This document shows, in pieces, positions 13,201 through 24,856 of a stretch of DNA of 64,000 nucleotides. Numbering within the stretch: the stretch's first letter is position 1; each line of letters starts with the position of its first letter. Origin of the DNA: Pseudogymnoascus verrucosus (taxonomy: Eukaryota); assembly GCA_001662655.1 (NCBI GenBank), contig KV460210.1; one strand, given 5' to 3'. The translations under genes were made by a program, and so were the position numbers. A model generated the notes under the pieces. That model worked only from the letters and a program-made list of their open reading frames with translations, searched no databases and was not told the origin of the DNA.

Positions 13201-14617
13201 TCCATGTATCCAACGTGATTCTTCTCCTGGGAGCCTAATGCTCCTGGGAAAACCCTTCTCCGGGGAGAATCATCCTAGGAGCTTACTAGTCCTAGGACAG
13301 CCCTCCCAGGAGCCTCCTGGTCCTAGGAGAAAACTCCTAAGTTGGTGTCCCGTAACCTGCACCTCCGACACCACGATCTGGATTACCCTATCAATCATCA
13401 TGTTGGTGCAGGGGTTGCGGAAACCCGCTGTAACAAAGTCGCCCTGCGTTTCACGTTGTAGTGGTGGAGAATAATATGATCCATCGGATAAGCCAAGCTA
13501 GCTAGGCTGCGAGGACCTGAGAGTAATTATTTTTCTTGCCAAGTCGGAAGACAACTCCCGCTCTGATCGCCAATAACCATTTCATACCGTTACTGCTCCT
13601 GAAATGGCCCTGTGCTGGCAGCATGTAATGATGTACGGTTACGCTCGCGCTACACCTCACTGAGCCAAAAAGACTACAATATTCCAGCTCGGCTGGAATA
13701 CGCGTAACACGCTATATATACTGTAACGGTCGCACGCCGGCACCCCGTTACACAGCACTCGCGGCAGCTAGCCTCTTTTCTTTCAAAAGAAGGAATATTT
13801 CTGAACTATGCCTACTGTGAAGACAATTGCTTTAAAAGCATCGAGTAACTAGCAGTGGCTAGATAGAACAACATTTAAAGTCAGACGACTCTGTTAGCAA
13901 TAACTGTCTACTCTCAGTATCTACCTGTCTACAATCCTAGGGGTGTTCCTGTATCACCGCCTTGAAATGAAGGTGAAGCGCAGCCTACAACGCATGGATG
14001 GTTGCAGCCCCGATAGCCTTCGAGAGGGACCTCTACTTTCGATCTCCGGGATGCGAGTACAGGCCCCTAACAAGCTAGGCGGGCAAACAGAAATCGGCCC
14101 TTCTCTCGAAGATCAGCCTCGACGGAGGCAGGCGTCGCTGCTCTCAGTGCCTATAACTCATAATGTTGCAAAAGGTAATGTAGGGCAGTCTCGCAAAGGC
14201 CAGCGCCATTCCACCGCGAGATAGTCGGGGAGGAAGCTGCCCTTGCATAGAAGTTGAAGGCGGCGGCAGGCCTGTCCATGCGCGTTGCTCAATTAGGCGG
14301 GCGCTAAACCCGAAGCTCGAACACCACGATCTAGATTATAAAATATAATAAGTTAATTAAAAATAGTTTTAATACTCACACCACTTGAAGTTAGAAAAGC
14401 TCATATTTTATCTAAAATTTAATACTACGGATATAAGCTATTAGAATTTATTTCTTCGGTTCTATTTATAAGAAACTGGATTGCTGATTGTGGCCCTGAG
14501 ACTGTGCGCCTTGGCTTAATAATAGTTACTGTGAACACCGATGTTACCCGCAATCTACCTTCCGGCTTTTGGGCGGCACAAATGCTTTAGGCATTTTATT
14601 ATGTACTTATAATTTAT

Positions 14618-15092
14618 CAGTGTTCGGCACGGATACCAATATACCCTTGGTATCCGGGTATATACCCGAGTATATACCCTACCTGTCGATATTCTAGAGT
14701 ATCCGGTGTATCTGGGTATATACCCGGGTATATGCTAAGAGTAGCCAAGCATCGCTAAGGCTTCATTTTAGAGACGTCGTCTCGACGATATGCTTAAACT
14801 ATAGCCTTATAAGCATACTAATATCCTTAATATCTAATTATTACCTATTACTTAGGCTATTTAGTAGTTCTAGTAACCTCTATAGTCTTAAAATGATATT
14901 TAGTAATAGTAGTAATATTATTATAAAAAAGTATAATAAGTTATTACTACTAAAAGCTTCACTTTCATATGCTTTTATTCAGCCTCATGTATCCGGGTAT
15001 AAACCCTACTCTACCCGTCAGATCTTCGCCGGGTATATACCCTACCCGTGAGTTTCACGGATACTACCCGGATACATATCCGCCGAACACTG
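14618..15092. mobile_element. hAT-type MITE (non-autonomous, 475 bp)
   Basis: 11-bp TIRs CAGTGTTCGGC / GCCGAACACTG; perfect 8-bp TSD TAATTTAT (14610-14617, 15093-15100); repeated subterminal GGGTATATACCC palindromes; AT-rich core. Confidence 0.9.
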
Positions 15093-15295
15093 TAATTTAT
15101 AGTGTCTATTATAAACGTGCAAGCTGAATAAACCATAGCCTTGGCTGTACCTTCTATTAAATTTGTAATTTGACATATTCATCCCTCATAGCCTCAGCTT
15201 CCCCCGAAGCTGTATTTTAGTGCACGCTTGCGCGGCCAGGTCCAACAGACCTCAAAACCCCTAGTACACTAAGAATTCGGACTTCAGAAGTAATC

Positions 15296-16413
15296 TCAAT
15301 CTTCTTCGAACCACTTATCTTCCAAAAGATCTTGGGCAGTCAGCCGATCTCTTGGGTTGAGTTTCATCACCCTGAGCACAAACTCTTTATCCTCCTTGCA
15401 AGTTTCTCGGGCGGTTGTAAGATGGAAAGGTCTCATCGACTTCGGAGGGGTGTTTTTCATTATCCACACTAAAACCGCCAATCTTTCCTGGTTCGCAATC
15501 TGCTCGTACGACTCTGGAAATGGTCCGAAACAGATATGGTGTCTCATCAGAATTTTGACCTCGTATTCATCATGGCCTACGGAAACGTCTGGTTTGAAGA
15601 TGTGGAACCCTTCTCCGTATATGAGACTGATAAGCTGTAGTATCAATAAAATTAGACCGAGAATAAATAATTTAGTGTAGAGGGATAATTTAAAACTTGC
15701 CGTTGCACCAAAAGACCAGATGTCAGTTGCGGTACCCCATCTCATTTGCAGATGTGCTTCTGGGCTCCTAAACATAGGTGTTCCTATCGAGTCCCCATCC
15801 CGGGCATGAGTAGAATCCACATGGACAGTGCTCCCAAAATCAGCCAGTTGAACATCCTTAAACCGAATTCCAACTGGCGCATAATTCGCAAGTATGTTGC
15901 TTAGCTTAACGTCTATAGTGCATCTTGGTTAGAGAGTTCCATATAAACGCGGTATTGGTCACATCTCAAGAAACGGACATGTGTGAACAAAACCCTCAGT
16001 ATGCAAGATAGCTAGCGCCTTTAGCACCCTACGTGCGACATATTTAACTTCAAGTCGTGTGAGGCGCTGGAAATTAGAAGCTTGGAGTACGTCGACATCT
16101 AGATGTCTTAAGTAAGACTCGGAGGGCTGTGGGTGGATTCAACCTCGTCAAGTAGCGGGCGGATGAATGGTGTTCGGTTTTGGAACCGAATTAGAATATC
16201 TCGTTCGTTTTCTAGGCGAAAGTGGTTAACACTTTTAACAACTACATTCTCGTTGTTTTGGTTCCATCAATGGCATTAATTAAAGCCTATAGTAGGACAT
16301 GTTATTTTAGGAACGCACGTTGCTAGCCACACGCAGCCCTGCAGTTGCTTCGTAACTGTATAAAGGCTGTGTTTACCCTTCAATGTTTGACCAAGCTTCA
16401 TCGCAGTACCCAT
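15296..16413 (-). pseudogene. Ser/Thr protein kinase (fungal CMGC/SRPK-like), apparently inactivated
   Basis: VVVKS, ADFG, GTPMFRSPE, TDIWSFG motifs; 1-nt frameshift near 16112 (..agt ctt act TAA); spliced catalytic loop reads HT-Y-VKLSN instead of HTD.KP.N. Confidence 0.7.
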
Positions 16414-16614
16414 CTTTTAGATGGCCATTGGGAGAGGTGGTAGGTGGCATTTACGTGAGGCAGTGTCGAACTATGCACGTGATGTAGATTCCAGCCTTAA
16501 ATTTCATATATCACATTCATGGGATTGTCTATGTAGCCTATGGTCAACATATAACTTGGAAGCTATTATTGAATTCGCAACTTCATATTCTTATCTATAT
16601 ATCTATCAACGCTC

Positions 16615-17928
16615 TCAATACTCAGTAACCTGCTTAATGCTATCATAAACCCCTTCACACACCTGTCAGTAACTGTCGTACAAATTATAAAGGAAGGTAA
16701 CTTACTCGCAACATCTGGGATATTGAGCTTCTCATACAACAACGGCATATGTATACTCCATCCCGCACACCTCTTCACCGGCGCCTCCAGCCTCAAAAAC
16801 GTCTCCTTATCTTCTTGGATAGCGGCGGCAACCTCAGCCCCGATACCCGCATTAATCATGCTCTCATGAACCACCACACAACGTCCCGTCTTCCTCACAC
16901 TCTTTAGAACAGTCTCCTTGTCCCACGGGTATACCGTCCTCAAATCGATCAACTCCACGCTCAATCCCAAGTCTTTCTCGATGTGCTCGATCGCTGCACT
17001 GCAGGTGTACAGAGGGTGGCCATATGAGATCACAGTCACGTCGGAGCCTGGCTTCATGATCTCCGCGGATGATAGAGGGAGAGTGTATGAAGAGACGGGG
17101 ACTTGCTCGACGGCAGCGCGGTAGAGGGCTTTGGGCTCCATGAAAATGCAAGGGTCGTTCGAGGCGATGGCCGCCAGCAACAGGCCCTTTGCTTGAATGG
17201 GACCGCGAGGCATGATGACGCGCAGGCCGGGGATATGTGTAAATAAACTCTCTGGGGATTGCGAGTGGTATCTTTGCTTGGTTAGCATCTTATTTTGACA
17301 AAACCGAAATACCTGGGAAGGGAACATACAAAGCACCATGACCAACCCCACCACAAGGCATCCTAACGGTGAGACCACCAACACCCCTTCCATTCGTTCC
17401 ATCACGATACCTATACTTGGCCGCCTCGTTCACAAGCTGGTCAAAAGCCGGGTATACATAATCCGCGAACTGAATCTCGGCTACAGGCCGCATTCCTTCG
17501 GCCGCCAGCCCAATCCCGAAACCCAAAATACCCTGTTCAGTAAGCGGTGTATTAAAGACGCGATCACTGCCAAAGTTCTGCGACAGGTTCATCGAGCACC
17601 GAAATACTCCTCCAAAGGCCACATCTTCGCCGAAGAGGAGCACTGAGTCGTCTGTTGCCAGAGCGGTCGAGAGCGCGTCATTGATGGCTTGGAACAGGTT
17701 CATGCGCTTCGTTGTGCTGTTTCGAACTTCAGCAGAGAGCTCGGGGTTTCTTAGAGCTGATTGAGAAGAGTGACTGAGGATTGGAGTCGTGGAGAAGTCT
17801 GTCGGTATGTTGAGCCGGGCATTTGGAGGGCTTGTCGAGTACTGGCGGCCACTTGCGGTCGAGGAAGCGGATGAGGTGACGGCACGTAAGACCTGCGCCG
17901 TGGGGCGAATTATCCTGAGAGACTTCAT
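16615..17928 (-). CDS. BCKDHB: 2-oxoisovalerate (branched-chain alpha-keto acid) dehydrogenase E1 beta subunit, mitochondrial; 2 introns
   Basis: [58 protein letters not shown] after splicing; Arg/Ser-rich presequence. Confidence 0.95.
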
Positions 17929-18294
17929 GCTGGGCAACACTCTACAGGACTCAAAAATGAATTATGAAGTTAGAAGAGACAAAGGGATATATCCCCATTC
18001 TTTTCAAAGCGTTGAAGTATGGGGAATGCGGGCGGGGAGGGCTTATCGGCTACCTGCGGCTTGTGGTGGGAGTCGCATCGTCGAGTCCATCCCGCTTCCA
18101 GACCCTTATCGTCGCACAGGCCACGCGATTGTTGCTCCGTCAACCGCCAAGTGACGACGCTGACCCTGCAATTACGAGATGCAAGGATGCGGTCGCAAAA
18201 GATGTCGACGATACCGATTAATTAATCTATTATTCTAGAACGAAGGCATATACAATTGAATAGATCGAATTATCGTTTTGGTCGCAAGGATAGA

Positions 18295-20508
18295 ATGCCT
18301 CGCGAGGCTGAACGACCCAGAAATCGGGAGCGAGATCCGGATAGAGAGCGAGAGAGGGAGCGGCGAAGACGTGAAAGGGAAAGAGACCCAGAAAGGGAGG
18401 AGCGACGGCACCGCGAACGGGACCCGGATAGGGAACAACGACGGCGTGAAAGGGACCCGGAAAGAGAGCTGGAGAGGGAGGAACGAAGGAGGGAAAGAGC
18501 GAGGAGGAAATCCCGAAACCCTGATAGAGATTCGAGGGACTCGAGGGACTCCCGGTCAAGGGAGGAGCCGCCTTCCTCACAATCAAGTTCGCAACCCCTA
18601 TCCGCCGATTCACTAGCGAAACTCAATCAACTCAATAAGAAAGAGAAGTCGCGAAAACCAGAGAAAAAGGCGGAACGGCCCAGGAAAAAGCGTCACAGGG
18701 AAGCGTTCAATGAGAAATACGAAGCGATCGGTGTCGACAAACCAAGGCGGGACAAGAAGAAAAAGAGGCGAGTTGTGAGCGGCGCCTTACTAGAAGAAGG
18801 GGATGGAAAGAGGTTATCGTATATAAGAGGAGGAGGTTACGACAAACAGGCGGAAGCAGATGCAAGGAAGAGGAAAAAGCGGATATGGATCATTGTTGGA
18901 GTTATTGTTTTGCTACTTGCCATTATTATACCCGTTGCCGTTGTTCTTTCCAACAAGAACAAGGGCAGCAACACAGCCGCAGCGGATACAGCGGCGACGG
19001 CTCCGACGCCTACAGGACCGGCGAATACGAATTTGGATGGCGTTGATCCTGCTAGCGTACCAGCAGCTGCGAAGGGGACGCGATTGGATCCTTTCTCCTG
19101 GTATGACACGGAGGATTTTAATGTCACGTACACTGGCGCGACAGTTGGTGGGCTGCCAGTAATAGGGTTATTCTCGAAGTGGGATGACTCTGCGAAAGCA
19201 AACGACAAAGTGCCAGCATTGAACCAGCCATGGGGAACCTATGCAAGTAGGCCCGCTAGAGGTGTCAACGTAGGGGGCTGGTTATCGATAGAGCCGTTTA
19301 TCACGCCCTCGCTGTTCAGTGGTTATAGCACGAGTCTTGGGGTTATTGATGAATGGACGCTATGCGAGCACCTGGGCCCGGCTACCGCAAAGGACACTCT
19401 GGAGAAACATTACTCCACATTCGTGACGGAGCAGACGTTTGCAGACATCAAAGATGCAGGCCTGGACCACGTCCGTATTCCATTCTCATATTGGGCCTTG
19501 CAAAATTACTACGGCGAGCCTTACGTCGAAGGCGTAGCATGGCGATACCTCCTCAGAGGGATCGAATGGGCTCGCAAATACGGTCTCCGCATCAACTTAG
19601 ACGTACACGGTTTGCCAGGTAGCCAAAACGGCTGGAACCATAGCGGTCGCCAAGGAGACATCGGCTGGCTCAACGGAACCGACGGCGATGTCAACGCCGA
19701 GCGATCCCTCGAGATCCACCGCTCCCTCTCGGCATTCTTCTCCCAGCCGCGCTACAAAAACATCATCGCCTTCTACGGCCTCGTCAACGAGCCCAAGATG
19801 ACAGCCTTACAACCAACCGACGTCTACGCCTGGACCGAGAAGGCATACGCCATCGTCCGCGCAAACGGCATCACCTGTCCTATCGTCTTCGGTGACGGCT
19901 TTCTGGGTCTCGAGAACTGGAAGGGGCAGCTGCAGGGCCATGAGGGGCTGGTGCTTGATGTCCACCAATACGTGATTTTTAATGTGGGACAGATCGTCTA
20001 TACTAAGGAGGCGAAAGTCAAGTATGCTTGCACGGGCTGGACGGGGCAGGCGGAGCAGAGCATGGATGTCTCGACGGGCTTTGGACCAACCCTCTTCGCT
20101 GAGTGGTCACAGGCCGACACCGATTGCGCCACATACCTGAACAACGTCGGCTGGGGAAATCGCTGGGAAGGCACCTACGACACCGGCAACCCCCTAACAC
20201 GCGTACTCTCAGCAACATGCCCCACCAACAACGGCGGTCCAGTATGCTCCTGCACGTCCGCAAACGCGGATCCAAGCCAGTATTCCGACGGGTACAAGCA
20301 GTTCCTGCAGATGTTCGCGGAGGCGCAGATGGATAGCTTTGAGCACGGGTGGGGCTGGTTCTACTGGACGTGGCAGACGGAGACGGCGACGCAGTGGAGT
20401 TATAAGAGGGGTCTTGCGGCGGGGATTTTGCCGGCCAAGGCGTATGCGCCGGAGTTTAATTGTCAGAAGACGATTCCGGATTTTGCGGGGGTGCCGGAGA
20501 ATTATTGA
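18295..20508 (+). CDS. exgD: GH5 glucan 1,3-beta-glucosidase, type II membrane protein (ExgD-like)
   Basis: RE-rich cytosolic N-terminus, one TM helix (IWIIVGVIVLLLAIIIPVAVV), RGVNVGGWLSIEPFITPS, DVHGLPGSQNGWNHSG, catalytic NEP and AEWS. Confidence 0.9.
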   Translation: MPREAERPRNRERDPDRERERERRRRERERDPEREERRHRERDPDREQRRRERDPERELEREERRRERARRKSRNPDRDSRDSRDSRSREEPPSSQSSSQPLSADSLAKLNQLNKKEKSRKPEKKAERPRKKRHREAFNEKYEAIGVDKPRRDKKKKRRVVSGALLEEGDGKRLSYIRGGGYDKQAEADARKRKKRIWIIVGVIVLLLAIIIPVAVVLSNKNKGSNTAAADTAATAPTPTGPANTNLDGVDPASVPAAAKGTRLDPFSWYDTEDFNVTYTGATVGGLPVIGLFSKWDDSAKANDKVPALNQPWGTYASRPARGVNVGGWLSIEPFITPSLFSGYSTSLGVIDEWTLCEHLGPATAKDTLEKHYSTFVTEQTFADIKDAGLDHVRIPFSYWALQNYYGEPYVEGVAWRYLLRGIEWARKYGLRINLDVHGLPGSQNGWNHSGRQGDIGWLNGTDGDVNAERSLEIHRSLSAFFSQPRYKNIIAFYGLVNEPKMTALQPTDVYAWTEKAYAIVRANGITCPIVFGDGFLGLENWKGQLQGHEGLVLDVHQYVIFNVGQIVYTKEAKVKYACTGWTGQAEQSMDVSTGFGPTLFAEWSQADTDCATYLNNVGWGNRWEGTYDTGNPLTRVLSATCPTNNGGPVCSCTSANADPSQYSDGYKQFLQMFAEAQMDSFEHGWGWFYWTWQTETATQWSYKRGLAAGILPAKAYAPEFNCQKTIPDFAGVPENY

Positions 20509-20893
20509 GGGGGTTGATGGGATGGGATGAATGAGTGTATATTTGGATGAGTTGTTGTATATGTGGGATGGCGTTTTTTTGGAGGAGCATTTGGAGGAGC
20601 ATTTGGAGGAGCGTTTAGATGGGATACCACCAGGTGGGTTTTGGCGATATTGGTGATATCGGGGGGAGTCTAGCATAGCGAGCATATATTTTGGATTTAG
20701 CTTGGTATAATCGTATAATGTTCTCTTGAAATAATATGTCTTGTGGTATCCGATACTTTCCTCCGTATATGTACACTATGTTCATCTTCTAAACTTTCCA
20801 GGTCGTATATTCAAACACACCCCGCTGTCTCCAACCAAAAACCCAACCACTCGCGATCGCTAGCTCTTCGTTGCCTCCCAGTCTACTGTCCCC

Positions 20894-21865
20894 TTAAGCC
20901 GTAGCCTCCCACAACCTAATCATCTTCACCGCCCCCACAAAGCTCCCCAACAACCCCACCGTCAGCGGGCTAATAATCCCCCCCTCCAAACTCCAATGAA
21001 TCGTCAGCGGCGCATATCCCGCATTAATCCACACCTCCCTCCTCCACGCCAAATCCTTCACTGCCTCCTCCCCCTTCTCCCCCACCACCGCCTTCCTCTT
21101 CCTAACCTGCCTCTCCCTCGCCAGCCTCACAAACTCCAACGCCGTATGCGCGGCCCAACACCTACTACTCCACATCCACGCCTTCCCCTGCTTTTCGGCG
21201 GTCCACCCAAGAACCCCCTTCGAGCTGAGATACGCCCCGTTCTCGAGGACTTGGTAGATGGTATTCACCAGCACCTGGGCGTTCACGATATGCCGCTCCA
21301 CTGGATCAGCGGAGGGAGTGAGGATAGCGCTCTTTCCCCACTGCCACATCCCGAAGAGCCCGAAGAGGCGCGCGAACATGCGCACGTCGGAGCAGAGGGC
21401 GTAGAGGGCTGCGAGGCGGCGCGCGGTGAGGGCGTGCTTTTCGGAGGGGGTGGTGAGGCGGGTGAGGAGCGAGGAGATGGCGAGGGAGGAGTAGCCGAGG
21501 GTGAGGAGCGTGGCGTCGGTGCCGGAGGGGGTGGAGATTATGCGGCTGAAGTGGGTGAGGAGGCGGTCGGTTTTGGTGAGGTAGAGGGGGAGCCAGGATT
21601 GGAGGGTTTTGACGGAGGGGGGCGCGGGGGGAGTAGATTTTGTGAGGGAGGAGGCGGGGGGAGAGATGGTGGGTTCGGTGATGGTGATCGGCTCTGAGAT
21701 GGCGACAGGCGCGGAGACGGCGATGGGCTCTGGGATGGCCTCGGGGACGCTGGCGGGCTCTTCGACAGTCGTGGGCTCTGAAGACTCTAAGATAGCCGTG
21801 GGCTCGGTGATTATGGCGGGCTCCGGGATCGCAACGGGCACCGCGTCAAGTTGAACGTCCGCCAT
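20894..21865 (-). CDS. PEX11C: Peroxisomal biogenesis factor PEX11C-like
   Basis: STPSGTDATLLTLGY, SDVRMFARLFGL, YQVLENGAYL, W.WSSR.WAAH..LEFVRL, N.GYAPLTIHWS; EP-rich N-terminal linker. Confidence 0.8.
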   Translation of the reverse strand: MADVQLDAVPVAIPEPAIITEPTAILESSEPTTVEEPASVPEAIPEPIAVSAPVAISEPITITEPTISPPASSLTKSTPPAPPSVKTLQSWLPLYLTKTDRLLTHFSRIISTPSGTDATLLTLGYSSLAISSLLTRLTTPSEKHALTARRLAALYALCSDVRMFARLFGLFGMWQWGKSAILTPSADPVERHIVNAQVLVNTIYQVLENGAYLSSKGVLGWTAEKQGKAWMWSSRCWAAHTALEFVRLARERQVRKRKAVVGEKGEEAVKDLAWRREVWINAGYAPLTIHWSLEGGIISPLTVGLLGSFVGAVKMIRLWEATA

Positions 21866-22486
21866 TTTGAATATGAGACTGGATGGATCGCTGGAAATAT
21901 AGGCGCGCTATAAAAAGAGAGACGACGATGGGAGCGCTTGCTATTTAAGAGTGTATTGACAGATTAGGGGTTTTGGAGGTTAGAAAAATATTGGTTTACA
22001 TGCATGTGGTTTGGTGGAGTACCATTTCCGATAACAGGAGCTTCTGCCGAGGTTGACTCGTATCAGTGGGAGGGTTAGGGTCACGTGAGTGTTTGTTTAC
22101 GTATTAGGCTCCGAGTAGCTTGTTGGGCTGGATGGTAGGCTGGATGGTCTAATTACCCAACCCTTTTGGAGAAGAAGGTTAATGCGGAATAATTCATGCG
22201 TCTTTCTTGGTCTATAATGCCTTATTAGTATCAAAATTCATGCGTGGTAGCCAGGGGCAAGAGAAACCCGGCAACCAAGACCAACACCGTAAATCAAAAC
22301 AAGAGCCATTTGTATCTATCATATCATCTTTGCATTTCTTATTCAGATTAAATGTCTCCATGTATCCTCGGATATGCTGGTCTTCCAAAAAGCACCCAAA
22401 CATCCCAAAACAAGATATAACAAGACAAAACAACAAGCCCAATGGATATCGTATCAACACGTCCGTCCCACCCCTCCTACTCCCAC

Positions 22487-23356
22487 CTAGTAGACCGGGT
22501 TCTGGCCACCGAGACCACCGGACATCGATGGAGCTCCGCCCATTCCGGGCCTTGGGTAGTCGTCTGGCCTTCCGCCGCCGGACTCGTAGTGCGCCTTCCT
22601 CAGAGCCTGGAGACGCTTCTTCTTGGTCTTGGCGTTGATGTAGGTGCCGATGAGGAAACCGACGATGTTGAAGAAGGGAACCCAGGTCTCCTGGGGCAGG
22701 AACTGCTGCGCGAAGGCGAGCGTGATGGGGGAGGTCACCCAGGATACCTTCATGACGGGCATGAAGCCGGCCTTCCAGGTCGAGTGGATCGCGTGGATGT
22801 TGCGCGCGCCGTTGATGATGGCCATTGAGGTCAGGTAGATACTGTTCTGGATTGGCGCAATCTGTGATGGGACAGTTAGCTATGGTCGGGCTGCGACGGA
22901 GTTCGTATGCGATGCGATGACTTACGAATAAGTTGCTGAACAGGATCTGCAGGATCTTCGCCTTCAAGCTCGTGCGGTTGGCGAAGATCTTCTGGAGGAT
23001 GCTGATGAGGACGTGGCCGACGGGTGCCATGATGAAGGCGCCGTTCGCTGCCATCAGCGGCACCTTCGACGTGAAGTAGTGTCCATGCTTGCTCCTATCC
23101 TTTGCGATGTACGCCGCCAACAGCTCTTGTAGACCGCCGAGGGAGCCGGATGTCAACATCTTGGTTCGGAGAGGGTTCTTCTGGAGCTGCGTGAGGTACG
23201 CCTGGACACGGTGTCAGTCAATTGGATGCGCAATTCGATATTGGGATGTCTTACGGCGAGGTAGCCATTGGCGACTTTGCCGGCAGTCGACGCGGCGACC
23301 TGGTTCGCGGCGCCGACTGTCGTCTTGACGGTGTCCTTTTCGAACTTGACCGACAT
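22487..23356 (-). CDS. Mpv17/PMP22-family peroxisomal membrane protein (3 exons)
   Basis: Spliced: YLAAYLTQLQKNPLRTKMLTSG..APVGH..QILFSNLFIAPIQNSIYL..SWVTSPITLAFAQQFLPQETWVPFFNIVGFLIGTYIN. Confidence 0.85.
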
Positions 23357-24856
23357 CGTGATGGATATTGGTTATGTGGTAGGTTGTGTGTTATCTGTGG
23401 ATGTGGGACGAGGTGTCAGTTATGAGGTTCAAGTCGAGCGGCCAGATCGGGGATGCTCCCCCAGTTTGTTTACACTTATACTAAGTGGGCCGAGTACACC
23501 GAGGTAGTTTGAAGGGTTCTCCGCATCTCGAATTATGGGGAGTATGTTTCGAAGGAGTGAGCTGCAGGGTAATTCTAGGGACTTACCTAAGCTTGGATAT
23601 GATTTTCTTTCACGATTATCGACGTGTTAACTGGTAAAAAAGGAAGCTCAGGCCAGCAGCAACGATGATAAAAGTTGGGTGGTAGATTGGGTTGAGTTTG
23701 GCGATGCGATGGGTACGTGTAGGTCGACACCTCACCTACGGTTGGTACCAGCGGCAGTAGTAGTGTACACAAAAAGGGATCGCCCCAACAACCTGGCCTG
23801 GTTGTCGCCGTTGGCCGTCAGCTTACAGGAGTCGAGCACCCGTCCAGCCCGGAAAATTAACACCGCTTGGACCTATCGGAGTCATCGGAATGCGCCGCCG
23901 ATTTCTCCACCAGGGGAAGATGAGAAGTGGCTGGCTGAGGCTGAGGCGACGACAACAACAACACAATAACAATGCAAACAAACAGTGTAAATTGGCGACA
24001 AACATCACCAACAAACGGCATAAAACAAACAATCAGGGATTATAAAATACTATTTGAACTGCTGCCTTGTTAATGTACGAGATGCATCAAATTGGAGTTA
24101 TTCGTGGGCCGAGTGGTGAGCCGCTGTACCTATTTAACCGCGCCTCTTGAGAGTTAGTACTGCATGTATGACACTTGAATATAAAATACGTGGACTCTCA
24201 GACATGTAAGGATTTATATACTTCTATTTTTCTAGTAGTAGTCTATGTGTCATTTCATTTTGAAGCGTTTGTATTTTGGAATACAACTGCCATATGGCAT
24301 GGCATCTTGAGCCAATGCTCTTCCCCTTGCGTCCTGCCGGCTTCCTTTCTTCTATAGTAACCTTATCATTGGGTTATTGTTCGATATTTCATATTTAAAT
24401 GAGCTATAATGTATGTCCATTTTCTCGTCCTCTTTATTAGCCTGGCTCCAGAAAGCGTTGTGGACTGACATGCTCAATTGTGGCATCAGTCAATTTGGAA
24501 ATATGTAGTATCATATGAATCTATATCCATAACCTGACCCATCTTTCCCATGGATTTTGTGCTCTTTATGTTTTCTTAGTAATATTGAAGTGCACGCTCA
24601 GTTTTCTATATCGAGAATCGACACGTTGGTAGCTGTCGCGCATAACTGTCCTGTCAGTTCCTGAGCTGCTAGATCTCCGCGGCAGACACTGGGAATAACT
24701 TCACTCAAGAGCCCACTACGCGAACGCCAGAGGTAAACAGAAACCTCTCTTCCTCCCACAACCCATCGCGCCAGACAAACCAGCAAAACTCCACAAACAA
24801 ACAGCAAACCAACACACAACTTCCCACATCAAGAATGGTCAGAGGAGTACCACAAA

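Noticed and set aside
2400..16500. Starship element
   Set aside because: No DUF3435 captain recombinase or diagnostic boundary visible in the window
18270..18626. Antisense Ser/Leu/Arg-rich ORFs
   Set aside because: Shadow of the RE-repeat N-terminus of ExgD
20996..21697. Long antisense/overlapping ORFs here and over other GC-skewed genes
   Set aside because: Artefacts of codon bias depleting stops
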